A DNA stretch of 64,000 bases, taken from contig NZ_CP020921.1 in assembly GCF_003057965.1 (NCBI RefSeq), positions 394,100 through 458,099 on the forward strand, written 5' to 3'. The position numbers were made by a program, and so were the translations under genes. The DNA is from Thermodesulfobium acidiphilum. Its GTDB lineage: Bacteria; Thermodesulfobiota; Thermodesulfobiia; Thermodesulfobiales; Thermodesulfobiaceae. The notes under the pieces are model-generated. The model was not told the DNA's origin and did no database searches. It worked only from the letters and a program-made list of their open reading frames with translations. Of the stretch, positions 18,479 to 28,289 are shown piece after piece (position 1 is the first letter of the stretch; each line of letters begins with the position of its first letter).

Positions 18479-19876
18479 ATGATTTCTTTAAAGAATATAA
18501 TTTTGCTGTGTTGTTTATGTGTGGCTAGTTTTATGGTAAGCCTTGATGTTAGCATAGTAAACATCTCTTACCCTTACTTGAGCAAAGTTTTTAACGTCAA
18601 TACTGAAAGTGTATCAAATTTGGCAATATTTTATCTTTTGTCACTTTGTTCAATGCTTATTATTTTTGGAAAAATTTCTGATTCTATAGGAGCGTCAAGG
18701 GTATTTTTGTTTGGATCTCTTTTATTCTCTTTGACTTCGCTTTTTTGTGCTGTTTCAGGGAATTTTTATATCCTGTTGATAGGAAGGTTTTTACAGGGGG
18801 TATCATCAAGTATGATTTCTGCAACTACAGGAGCCTTGATTTTGCAACGTTTGCCCAAAGACTTGATAGGAAGGTCTTTTGCAGCAGTTACCGGGCTTGG
18901 AGGAATAGGATTTGCATTTGGTTCTCCAATTGGTTCGCTTTTGGTGGAAAATTTTGGATGGCACTCTATTTTTTTAATAAACGTACCCATAGGCATTCTG
19001 ACTTTTATTTTTGGGATTATTTCGTTATCAAAGACATATGAAACAAGGCTCAAAAATAAAATTGATTTTTTAAGCTCTCTTTTGATCTTTCTAATAATTT
19101 CTTTGTTAACCGTTATATTAAGTCTATATAGAATTATAATCGAAAAAAATTTGATTTTCTTGCTATGGGTTCTATGGTTTTTGCTTTTCTTCTTCTTTTT
19201 GTATTATGAAAAGAAAAACAAAAATGCGACTATAGACTTTTCAATCTTCAGGAACAAAAACATATTGTTTGCACTTATTTCGAGTTTTCTAATAGTTTGT
19301 TTGTTTGATGGTTTTAACTTCATAATACCCTTTTTTGCCATTGGCGCAATGGGTTTTAGCCAGGAACTGACAGGTTTTTTGATTGGTGTTGGAAGTACGA
19401 TAACTATCTTAACATCTCCATTGATTGGGTTTTTGTCTGATAGATTTGGTCACAGGAAAATGTGTATCCTTTCCTCGGTGAATGTTTTTTTGTCAAGCAT
19501 ATTGTTCTTTTTTATTCAAAATTTCGTTTCTATTTTTTATTTTGTAATTGCTATTGTATTTGCTGGTATTGGCTTAATTGGGTTTTTCGTTGCAAGTCCA
19601 TCTCTTATTTTAGGACAGGTAAAAAAAGCGCAAAGTGGTTTTGTTTCCTCATTCATCCAGGTGGTTCAAAATCTTGGAGCTATAATTGGCATATATATTT
19701 TTAGCAATTTTTATGGGAAAATAGATATATATGAATCGAGGAAACTTTTGGAAAGGGGTTTTCACGATGCGTGTTCTTTTGGGATATTCTTAAGCTTTAT
19801 TTCGATAATTTTTTCTTTTTTTGCATTTGAAAACAGGGCAAAAGGAGTTTTGGGTGCCGAGTATAAAGATAAATAA
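18479..19876 (+). CDS. MFS drug efflux transporter (DHA2/EmrB-like)
   Basis: LDVSIVN, GRFLQG, WHSIFLINVPIG; many transmembrane segments. Confidence 0.88.
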   Translation: MISLKNIILLCCLCVASFMVSLDVSIVNISYPYLSKVFNVNTESVSNLAIFYLLSLCSMLIIFGKISDSIGASRVFLFGSLLFSLTSLFCAVSGNFYILLIGRFLQGVSSSMISATTGALILQRLPKDLIGRSFAAVTGLGGIGFAFGSPIGSLLVENFGWHSIFLINVPIGILTFIFGIISLSKTYETRLKNKIDFLSSLLIFLIISLLTVILSLYRIIIEKNLIFLLWVLWFLLFFFFLYYEKKNKNATIDFSIFRNKNILFALISSFLIVCLFDGFNFIIPFFAIGAMGFSQELTGFLIGVGSTITILTSPLIGFLSDRFGHRKMCILSSVNVFLSSILFFFIQNFVSIFYFVIAIVFAGIGLIGFFVASPSLILGQVKKAQSGFVSSFIQVVQNLGAIIGIYIFSNFYGKIDIYESRKLLERGFHDACSFGIFLSFISIIFSFFAFENRAKGVLGAEYKDK

Positions 19877-20594
19877 CCTTGAAACGTATTATGAGATTTT
19901 TGGAGCAGGGACCGATTGTCTGATTTTGCACGGTGGCAGTGAAAACATTAGTACGATGCATAATCTGGCAGGTAGACTGTCTGAAAAGAATTATAAGATA
20001 TATTTGCCTGAACGAAGGGGACATGGCAGAAGCCTGGATACAGGCGATGAGTTTTCTTATGAACAGTTTGCATCAGACACATATCAGTTTATAAAAGCCT
20101 TTAAGCTGGAAGGGTGTTATGCAGTAGGTTATAGCGATGGGGCGATAATTCTTCTGCTTTTGTCGATAGAGAATCCAACACTTTTCAAGAAGATCGCTTT
20201 GTTGGGGGGACAATATCACTATGAGGGTCTTGAACCATATTTTGTAAAAGCTTTAAAGACAGATAACGTTTTAAAACTTTTTGAAAAAGAGAGAATAGAA
20301 TATGAAAGGATAAATAAATACGGCGTAAGTTTCGAAAAATTCCTGAAAAAAATAATTTTGCTGTGGCTGACATCTCCGAAAATTGATTATACAGAGCTCA
20401 AAAAGATAACCACTCCTACTTTGATAATTAGCGCTGACAGAGACATTATAAAGCTTGAACACACTATTTCTATGTTTAGGGCGATTGAAAGATCACATCT
20501 TGCAATTATACCCAATTCTAATCACAATTTCCCAATTTCTAGACCTAATTTTACAGCTAGTTTGATTTTGAACTTTTTTAACTCAAAGCCATGA
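19854..20594 (+). CDS. Alpha/beta hydrolase
   Basis: LHGG, RGHGRS, GYSDGA nucleophile elbow, C-terminal His; GTG 19854 after AAGGAG. Confidence 0.88.
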   Translation: MPSIKINNLETYYEIFGAGTDCLILHGGSENISTMHNLAGRLSEKNYKIYLPERRGHGRSLDTGDEFSYEQFASDTYQFIKAFKLEGCYAVGYSDGAIILLLLSIENPTLFKKIALLGGQYHYEGLEPYFVKALKTDNVLKLFEKERIEYERINKYGVSFEKFLKKIILLWLTSPKIDYTELKKITTPTLIISADRDIIKLEHTISMFRAIERSHLAIIPNSNHNFPISRPNFTASLILNFFNSKP

Positions 20595-22894
20595 AAATTA
20601 AAGTATGTCCTTTTCAGATTCTCGTATCAAAGGAAAACAGGAAGCCTTCAATATGTATAAATTGTTTAGATGAAAATGGCGAAAGGATAAAATTGTTTGA
20701 TGATAGTTTCAGACCAAGTTTTTACGTGCTTGTCGAAGAGAACAGTGAAAGGATAGAGTCTGTTATTAACTCTTCTCTTAATGAGGGAGTTAAGGAATTT
20801 AAAATAGAAAACAAGATATATATTGGTGAGAATAAGAGGTTTTATAGGATATATTTTGATTTCAATGAAGATAAGGACGTCCAAAGTGCTAAATTTTTTA
20901 AAAAATTTAGAGAGTTTATTTTATTTCATCACGATCTGAGGCCAACAGTTCAGTATATCTTAGAAAAGAACATAACCTTTTGCGCTTTCAATGAGATAGA
21001 AGTAAATAAATTTTCAGATGGTTATAGGGTAGAGGGTGATTTTTCTTTATATAGCTACGATTATCCTGACTTTAAATCTATGTCCTTTTACTTCTTGACA
21101 GATAGCAAGGTGTTAAATCCTGATCCAGAAATAAACAAAGTTACTTATATATCAATATTTTCCAATGAGGGGCCGATGACTTTTGAGGGGGACGAAAGGG
21201 GTATCTTTGAGAGTTTTTTAACATTTATCAAACGTTACAAGCCGAGCATCATATACGTTTTTAACGTCGGTCAAGATGATTTTGACTTCATGGCGAAAAG
21301 GGCAAAAAGCTTAGGCCTTGATCTAAAATTTGAGGATAGTCTTCCTGTTAAAGGCCAATTTGGTTCCATTCAAATAGATTCGATAGTAATATTCGATCTC
21401 TTCCAATATGCCCAGACTTTGTATGACCTTAAGCAAAAGGAATTAAAAAAGACTTTAGAGTTTTTGAATATAGCTTTTCAAAAGGATTACATTCTAGACC
21501 AGATCGAACTTGTAAAAGCTATTGAGTTTTTAGATGCTGAAAGGTTGTCAAAGCATTGTAAATATTCTGCCAAATCTATCTTTGATCTTGGAGAGCTAAC
21601 CCATCAGTTATACTTTTCTCTATCTCAGATTACGTTTATGCCGCTTGATGTTGTGATATTTGCTCCTACCGGGTTTAGGGTTGAAGGGCTTTTTATGAAA
21701 AAGAGTTATTTACAAAATATGATAATATTGCCGAAAAAACGACACGTTAGCGATTCTTATGAAGGGGGTATAGTTCTAAAGACATCTCCTGGAGTGTATA
21801 AGAACGTAGTAGTTTTAGACTTTAAGAGCATGCTTCCGTCTATTATGATAAGATATAACATTTCATTTGATACATTTGTTGAGGAAAGCTGTGATGAAGA
21901 ATGCTTTAAGTCTCCAAAGAATAAATATAAGTTTAGAAAGAGACCGGACGGATTCTATAAAAAAATCCTTCAAGAATTAATTTCTGAAAGGGATAGAATA
22001 AAAAAAAGTATGGATAATTTTCCAAAGTCTTCGAAAGAGTATATCTTCCTGAACGCTAAACAAAAGACCTTGAAGATAATTACAAATGCCTGTTATGGAT
22101 ATGCAGGGTGGCAAAGTGCCAGGTGGTTTAAGAAAGAAATTGCTGAGGCCACTTCCGAGTGGGGCAGGAAGACTCTAACAGATGCAATAGAACTGGCTGT
22201 AAGTTTAGGTCTTGAGATTATATATGGCGACACAGATAGCCTTTTTATAAAAGAAAGTGAAAATATAAGCAAATTTCTTTCAGAATTGAAACTTAGGGGC
22301 GAAATTATTAAAGTTGACGAAGTCTTTAGATCGGTTGTTTTTACTGAGGCTAAGAAAAAATATGCTGGAATTAACGATTCCGGGGAGCTAGTCCTGGTTG
22401 GTTTTGAAGGGGTCCACGGTGATGTTCCAGAAATTGTTAGGATTGTTCAGGAAAAAATTTTAAGATCTATTTTGAATTTTAAAGGATTTGATGCTGCTAT
22501 AGAAATTTTACAGGACGAAATAGAGAAGCTAAGAAATAATGAATATCCACTTTTGTCCTTTGTAATTTATAGGGCTGTTAATAAGAATATAAGTTCATAT
22601 GAAGTAAGAGCACCTCACGTTGAGGCTGCTAAAAAATACATTCAGATGGGATTCAAGTTGAGATCGGATAACATTATAGGATATGTGATTACAAAAGGTG
22701 CTGGAGCAATTAACTCAAGGGCTATGCCTTATATCTATTTGAAAGTCGAGGATGTAGATGTTGATTACTATATAAAAAATTTACTTGTTCCTTCTGTTTC
22801 AAGAATTCTATATAGCATTTTTGGAAAAAAAGTTGTCTTTAAAAACGACAAATTGATTGTGGATAATGATAAAAAGGATTATCTTTTCAATTGA
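20591..22894 (+). CDS. polB: Family B DNA polymerase, archaeal-like
   Basis: YEGGIV, DFKSMLPS, KIITNACYGY, YGDTDSLF, KKKYAG, YEVRAPHV. Confidence 0.9.
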   Translation: MKIKVCPFQILVSKENRKPSICINCLDENGERIKLFDDSFRPSFYVLVEENSERIESVINSSLNEGVKEFKIENKIYIGENKRFYRIYFDFNEDKDVQSAKFFKKFREFILFHHDLRPTVQYILEKNITFCAFNEIEVNKFSDGYRVEGDFSLYSYDYPDFKSMSFYFLTDSKVLNPDPEINKVTYISIFSNEGPMTFEGDERGIFESFLTFIKRYKPSIIYVFNVGQDDFDFMAKRAKSLGLDLKFEDSLPVKGQFGSIQIDSIVIFDLFQYAQTLYDLKQKELKKTLEFLNIAFQKDYILDQIELVKAIEFLDAERLSKHCKYSAKSIFDLGELTHQLYFSLSQITFMPLDVVIFAPTGFRVEGLFMKKSYLQNMIILPKKRHVSDSYEGGIVLKTSPGVYKNVVVLDFKSMLPSIMIRYNISFDTFVEESCDEECFKSPKNKYKFRKRPDGFYKKILQELISERDRIKKSMDNFPKSSKEYIFLNAKQKTLKIITNACYGYAGWQSARWFKKEIAEATSEWGRKTLTDAIELAVSLGLEIIYGDTDSLFIKESENISKFLSELKLRGEIIKVDEVFRSVVFTEAKKKYAGINDSGELVLVGFEGVHGDVPEIVRIVQEKILRSILNFKGFDAAIEILQDEIEKLRNNEYPLLSFVIYRAVNKNISSYEVRAPHVEAAKKYIQMGFKLRSDNIIGYVITKGAGAINSRAMPYIYLKVEDVDVDYYIKNLLVPSVSRILYSIFGKKVVFKNDKLIVDNDKKDYLFN

Positions 22895-22944
22895 TAATTT
22901 AGCTATAATTAGATTTAATTGAGATTGTTTTAAGAGGTGATTAG

Positions 22945-23292
22945 ATGTACATAAAGATGTTGAAATCAAAGATTCATAGAGCAAAGGTAACGGATACAAA
23001 CCTCAATTATGAAGGCAGTATAGGCATAGACAAAGCTTTACTTGAAGAGTCAGGAATAATGCCAGGTCAGGCGGTAAGCATATTTAACCTTAATAACGGA
23101 GAGCGTTTTGAAACTTATGTTATAGAGGCAGAAAAAAATTCTGGTAAGATAAGTTTGAACGGTGCTGCAGCAAGACTTGCTGAACCAGGTGATTTGGTTA
23201 TTATAGTGGCATACTGCTGGGTTGAGGATAAAGAACTAAAAGACTTTGTTGCAAAAATTGTTTACGTTGATGAAAAAAATAAAATAGTATGA
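22945..23292 (+). CDS. panD: Aspartate 1-decarboxylase
   Basis: KSKIHRA, YEG/SIGID self-cleavage site, NGERFETY, NGAAAR. Confidence 0.95.
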   Translation: MYIKMLKSKIHRAKVTDTNLNYEGSIGIDKALLEESGIMPGQAVSIFNLNNGERFETYVIEAEKNSGKISLNGAAARLAEPGDLVIIVAYCWVEDKELKDFVAKIVYVDEKNKIV

Positions 23293-23999
23293 GGGATATA
23301 GATCAGCAAGAATTAAGAAGATATATAAGAAAAAACTCGCTATTAATAGCGATTGTTTCAGTATTTTTTACCTTTATTCTCGTTTTGTCTGATTATCTAA
23401 ATCAAGGGCCGATGTTTAAGCTAATAATATTGTCCCTTTCAGTATTTGTAATACTGTTAATTCTTTCTAGAGCTTATAGAAATAGGAATATAAGTTTTAT
23501 TTCAGATAGCATGAAAATAAGGCCTTATAGGATTACTGAAGAACTTGGTAAAGAATTGGAAACGATACCAGAAAATTCTTTGGTATACACCCATTTTCCA
23601 GGAAGATATGGCGATATATTATATTTATTGGTGATTTTGGGCTCTGGTATTTTTATTATAAACGTGTGCTACACTAAGGGTTCTTTTTCAATAAAAAACA
23701 ATGAATTTTTTTTAGATAACGCTAAACCAAAAAGGGATATATTGACAGTAGCCTTGAAAAACAAAGTCTGGTTAGAAGAGGAAATTAGAAAAAATCTAAA
23801 AGTTGACGTAAACGTTTTTTCGCTAATTGTTTTTATTAACTCTGATATTAATGGTGTTTTTGAGTTAAATAATGTATATTTAATGAACAGAGAAAGTCTG
23901 GCAAACTTTTTGAAAGCTAAAAGGGATTTTCGGATAAACATGAAAGATATTTCAAATTTATTGAAGAAGATTATAGAAAAATATAGTTTTAAGGAGTAG
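23289..23999 (+). CDS. Membrane-anchored NERD-domain protein (divergent)
   Basis: Two N-terminal TM helices; GDILYLLVILGSGIFIINV resembles NERD GDIDH..GIFVIETK with the catalytic residues altered. Confidence 0.55.
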   Translation: MRDIDQQELRRYIRKNSLLIAIVSVFFTFILVLSDYLNQGPMFKLIILSLSVFVILLILSRAYRNRNISFISDSMKIRPYRITEELGKELETIPENSLVYTHFPGRYGDILYLLVILGSGIFIINVCYTKGSFSIKNNEFFLDNAKPKRDILTVALKNKVWLEEEIRKNLKVDVNVFSLIVFINSDINGVFELNNVYLMNRESLANFLKAKRDFRINMKDISNLLKKIIEKYSFKE

Positions 24000-24005
24000 G
24001 TAGAT

Positions 24006-24545
24006 ATGAAAAGCGATGAAAATGTTGAACAGGGCATAATTGATAAAATTGGCAATATTGACGCTGGAAGGCCAAATCTTGGACTATTGATGCCCGTATT
24101 TATGTACAGGTTTTTCTTTATCTCTGTGCAGGAGAAACTAAAAGAAAGATTTGGACAAAGCGAAGCTGACAGGGTTTTGTTCGATGCAGGATTTTTAGCT
24201 GGAAACGAATTTTGTGAAACATTTATTTCTGCCGAAGGTGACGTTAAAAAGTTTTTGGTATCCTTGCAAACAGCGTTCAAGGAACAAAGGCTTGGTGTAT
24301 TGCAATTAGAGGATATGGATTTGAATTCTTTATACTTTGAGATAAGTATTTTAGAGGATGTCTATTGCTCTGGGGTTGAACATTCTGATCGCTTTGTTTG
24401 TAGCATGTGCGAGGGATTTTTGGCTGGGATATTTAGTTTCTATTTCAAAAGAATCTTTGAAGCCAAAGAATTAGAGGCGTGGACTGGAACTAATCCAAAA
24501 AGCACTTTTGAATTAAAACCGAAGAAAATAAAAAAATCTTCTTAA
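24006..24545 (+). CDS. V4R (4-vinyl reductase) domain protein
   Basis: GRPNLG..PVFMYR, EDVYCSG, C..EGFLAG. Confidence 0.8.
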   Translation: MKSDENVEQGIIDKIGNIDAGRPNLGLLMPVFMYRFFFISVQEKLKERFGQSEADRVLFDAGFLAGNEFCETFISAEGDVKKFLVSLQTAFKEQRLGVLQLEDMDLNSLYFEISILEDVYCSGVEHSDRFVCSMCEGFLAGIFSFYFKRIFEAKELEAWTGTNPKSTFELKPKKIKKSS

Positions 24546-25453
24546 TGTTTGATACAGAACTTGAAGCTATAATAGAAAGGTTTAAGCTTTGTGGTTTTTT
24601 GATTAAAGATATTAAAGTAATTCAGTATGGAGTTCAGTTAAAAGTTTTGTTTGGAGAAGAAGAAGCAGTTGTAAGGTTTTATAAGAATAAAAAAAGTGGC
24701 CTAAAACTAGATACATCTCTAATAAAAAACACCGATTTAAAAAATGAAATTAGTTATTGCTTTAAAAATACATTTAAAAAATATTTGATATCTCAAGAAA
24801 TAGATGAGAAGTTCGACTTTTATATTGGCTCTGATGAAAGTGGAAAGGGAGATTACTTTGGACCTCTGGTAGTTGCGGGGGTAAAAATGACGGATGAAAA
24901 TCTGATATTTTTAGAAAGTTGTGGGATTAAAGATAGTAAAGTGTTAAGTGAGGATAGGATCTTTTGTCTTGAATCTGAAATTATTAATTCAAAAGTTTTA
25001 TACAAAAGAATAACTGTATTGCCCGAGAAGTATAATAATGTTTATGAATTTTACAGGTCAAAAAACGCTAATTTGAACGATATTCTTGCAAGGCTTCATT
25101 TTGAAACAATAAGTTATTTTCTGGATAAAGAAAGCAGTTTTAATGTAGTGGTGGACAAATTTTCTATCAATAGCGGTTTAAAAGAAAAGTTTTCAGGGTA
25201 TAAGAATGTAAAATTTTTTGAGGTAGAAAGAGCTGAAAGTAAATTTTTGTTTGTGGCTGCTGCCTCAATTCTGGCTCGTGCAGAATTTTTGAGACAGATG
25301 AAAAAGTTATCTGATGAAGTTGGGATCAAATTGAAAAGGGGGAGCGTGAGCGTTAGGGATGTTGCACAAAAAATCGTTGAACAATATGGTTTGGATGGCT
25401 TGAGAAAGGTTGCAAAATTGCACTTCAAGATTACAAAGGAACTGAAACTTTGA
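24545..25453 (+). CDS. rnhC: Ribonuclease HIII
   Basis: GSDESGKGDYFGPLVV, DSK, DKF, AAASILAR, AKLHF; N-terminal extension. Confidence 0.9.
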   Translation: MFDTELEAIIERFKLCGFLIKDIKVIQYGVQLKVLFGEEEAVVRFYKNKKSGLKLDTSLIKNTDLKNEISYCFKNTFKKYLISQEIDEKFDFYIGSDESGKGDYFGPLVVAGVKMTDENLIFLESCGIKDSKVLSEDRIFCLESEIINSKVLYKRITVLPEKYNNVYEFYRSKNANLNDILARLHFETISYFLDKESSFNVVVDKFSINSGLKEKFSGYKNVKFFEVERAESKFLFVAAASILARAEFLRQMKKLSDEVGIKLKRGSVSVRDVAQKIVEQYGLDGLRKVAKLHFKITKELKL

Positions 25454-26223
25454 AAAGCGTTGAATTAAGCGTCCTGGCAAGCTCTAGTAGTGGCAATTCT
25501 ACTTTATTAAGAATAGGTGGTTATAATTTTTTAATAGATGTTGGAGTTAGTTGCTTTTATCTTAAAAAGGCTTTAGAGAGCTTATATCTTAGGATTGGAG
25601 ATATTGATGCAGTATTTATTACTCACGAACACACTGATCACGTCAAAGGATTGGAAGTCTTTATGAAAAATTATAATATTCCTGTTTTTATCAGAGAAAA
25701 GTGTCTTTATGAAGTTTCAAGAAAGGTATCATGTAGGAATTGTTTTCAAATATTAAATGACGATATAAAGTTCAATGACGTAAAAGTCTCATTTTTTCCA
25801 ACATCTCACGACGCAATAGACCCAATTGGCTATGAGTTTTCTTATAAGGATTTTTGTTTTTCTTATATTACTGACCTTGGTGAAGTTACGTCTGACGTAA
25901 AGTATGCGATTGATAAATCTGATTTGTTAGTCCTTGAGTCAAATCATGATATTGAAATGTTGAAAAACGGATCTTACCCTTATTATCTAAAAAAAAGAAT
26001 TCTTTCTTCAAACGGGCACTTATCCAATAAGGATGCAGCGTTTGCTCTTTTAAATTCTAAGATAAAAAAGAGAAATATTGTGCTTGGTCACCTGAGTGAA
26101 AAGAATAACTGTATCGAACTTTTGAAAAAGACTTATAGAGAAATTTTTGGGAAGTCAAAATTGCCTTTTAAAATTAAAATTGCTAAACCCAGAGAAATAG
26201 TTGGATTAAAGATCAACATATAA
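25450..26223 (+). CDS. MBL-fold metallo-hydrolase (YycJ/WalJ-like)
   Basis: SSSSGN, THEHTDH, SHDA, LESNHD, GHLSN. Confidence 0.9.
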   Translation: MKSVELSVLASSSSGNSTLLRIGGYNFLIDVGVSCFYLKKALESLYLRIGDIDAVFITHEHTDHVKGLEVFMKNYNIPVFIREKCLYEVSRKVSCRNCFQILNDDIKFNDVKVSFFPTSHDAIDPIGYEFSYKDFCFSYITDLGEVTSDVKYAIDKSDLLVLESNHDIEMLKNGSYPYYLKKRILSSNGHLSNKDAAFALLNSKIKKRNIVLGHLSEKNNCIELLKKTYREIFGKSKLPFKIKIAKPREIVGLKINI

Positions 26224-26271
26224 CCTTAGTATTTATGGGTTTGAGGAATAAGTTACATTTGAATATTTTAA

Positions 26272-27555
26272 TTAGTTTATCTCTCTATTTTTTTCATAAG
26301 CACTTAAATCTAAATAACCGTGCCCTGACAAAAGAAACACAATGGTTCTTTCTTTTTTTTCTTCCTTTGCTATTAATGCCTCATCTATAGCCTTTTTTAT
26401 TGCATGGGCAGATTCTGGGGCAGGAGTTATCCCTTCTGTTTTAGCAAATATTCTTGCGGCTTCGAATATGCTCTTTTGATCGTAACTACATGCCTCAATT
26501 ATTTTGTTTTTGTAAAGATTGCTTATTATTGGAGCCATCCCATGATATCTTAGCCCTCCTGCATGAATTGGTGGTGGAACGAAATTGTGCCCCAACGTAT
26601 ACATAGCAAGCAGTGGAGTAAATCCCATGGTATCCCCATAATCGTATTCAAATATACCCTTTGTAAGCGATGCAGCGACAGATGGTTCGACTGCTATAAG
26701 CCTAATTTGATTGTTTTTAATTTTTTTCTTTACAAATGGTGCTATTAGGCCGCCAAAATTGGAGCCCCCACCTACACACCCGATTAATATTTCTGGGCTT
26801 TCATCTGCTAGCTTCAATTGCTTCTTTACTTCCAGACCGATTATTGATTGATGCAATAAAACGTGATTTAGTACAGATCCCAGAGCATAATTGGTATCTG
26901 GATTTTTTACTGCTTCTTCGACTGCTTCTGATATAGCAATTCCTAAACTGCCTGGAGAGTTCGGGTCAGTTTCAAGGGTTTTTCTTCCTGACTCTGTAGT
27001 GCTTGAGGGACTAGGTAAAACTTGTGCATCAAAAAGTTCCATTAATATTCTCCTGTATGGTTTTTGTTCAAAGCTTGCTTTAACCATAAAAACTTTGCAC
27101 TTGAGGTTAAAAAAGGAACATGCCATAGAAAGAGCGCTCCCCCATTGACCGGCACCTGTTTCTGTTGTAAGTGACCTTATTCCTTCTATCGAGTTAAAAT
27201 ATGCTTGTGGTATTGCAGTGTTTAACTTGTGACTTCCTGCTGGCGATATTCCTTCGTGTTTGTAATATATTCTTGCAGGGGTATTAAGATATTCTTCAAG
27301 AGCCAAAGCTCTTATTAGTGGAGTGGGGCGATAACTGAGATATTTATCTCTTACTTTTTTTGGGATTTCTATTTCTCTTTCATCGCTAGTCTCCTGTTTT
27401 ATTAGCGACTGTGGAAAAATTGGTTTCAGATCATCTGCCTTTATTGGTTCTCGGGTTACTGGATGTAGTGGTGGTAAAAGCGGTTCTGGTAAATCTACCT
27501 GAACGTTGTAATAAAAATCTGGCATGTCTTTCTCATTTAGAATAATTTTTCTCAA
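26272..27555 (-). CDS. trpB2: Tryptophan synthase beta chain 2 (TrpB2)
   Basis: [45 protein letters not shown] 27555 after AAAGGAGA. Confidence 0.92.
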   Translation of the reverse strand: MRKIILNEKDMPDFYYNVQVDLPEPLLPPLHPVTREPIKADDLKPIFPQSLIKQETSDEREIEIPKKVRDKYLSYRPTPLIRALALEEYLNTPARIYYKHEGISPAGSHKLNTAIPQAYFNSIEGIRSLTTETGAGQWGSALSMACSFFNLKCKVFMVKASFEQKPYRRILMELFDAQVLPSPSSTTESGRKTLETDPNSPGSLGIAISEAVEEAVKNPDTNYALGSVLNHVLLHQSIIGLEVKKQLKLADESPEILIGCVGGGSNFGGLIAPFVKKKIKNNQIRLIAVEPSVAASLTKGIFEYDYGDTMGFTPLLAMYTLGHNFVPPPIHAGGLRYHGMAPIISNLYKNKIIEACSYDQKSIFEAARIFAKTEGITPAPESAHAIKKAIDEALIAKEEKKERTIVFLLSGHGYLDLSAYEKNREIN

Positions 27556-27839
27556 GCTTATCTCTCCTTTTCTTAAATTAAATAAAATATTGTTTTTATT
27601 ATTATACTTTATCAGCATTTAATTTTATCTTGAAGACAACTTTATAAATTAACTTTGTGCTTGCCGAACGTAATATATCACATCCTGAGAAAGTTGGCAA
27701 ATTACAATTAAAATGGCTTTTTAGTTTGACCTTAATTGATATTCCAGATTTTGTATTATAATAATTTTAATAACATACATGAAACTTTCAAAAAGTTTAA
27801 AATAAATTTACGGGAGAATTAAATGATAGGGGTGTTCTG

Positions 27840-28274
27840 ATGAATGATGAAAATATGAAAGTAGAGTGGACCCCTGATTTTGAAACAGGCATTGAGATTA
27901 TTGACACCCAGCATAAGAAGTTATTTGAGAATATAAACGAGTTGCTAGATTCGTGTGAAAGGGGAGAGGCAAAGGAAGGAGTAGCTAAAATGTTTGACTT
28001 TTTAGAGCATTACATAATATTTCACTTCGGCACAGAGGAAGACTTTATGATTAAGTATCGATATCCAAATTATTACCAACACAGAATGTTTCACGATAGG
28101 TTTATTATTGATGTAAATGGTCTCAAGAGGGAATTTTTGAAAAATGGCATTAGTGAGAGCTTTCTTTTGTTAATAAAGCATTTTGTTATTGATTGGTTAA
28201 AGAATCATATAGGTGGTGAAGATAAGAGGTTAGGAATTTATTTGTTGAGGTTTCCAGAAATTGTACACAGTTAA
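27840..28274 (+). CDS. Bacteriohemerythrin
   Basis: IDTQHKKL, HFGTEE, HRMFH, WLKNHIGGED. Confidence 0.92.
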   Translation: MNDENMKVEWTPDFETGIEIIDTQHKKLFENINELLDSCERGEAKEGVAKMFDFLEHYIIFHFGTEEDFMIKYRYPNYYQHRMFHDRFIIDVNGLKREFLKNGISESFLLLIKHFVIDWLKNHIGGEDKRLGIYLLRFPEIVHS

Positions 28275-28289
28275 TTTACGTGATTAATT

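Noticed and set aside
23669-24280. 203-aa antisense ORF
   Set aside because: Overlaps two coherent plus-strand genes; composition typical of a shadow frame.
27620-27840. Possible riboswitch or T-box between trpB2 and hemerythrin (TTGCCGAAC..GTTGGCAA pairing)
   Set aside because: No recognisable aptamer or T-box consensus; an Infernal/Rfam scan would be needed.
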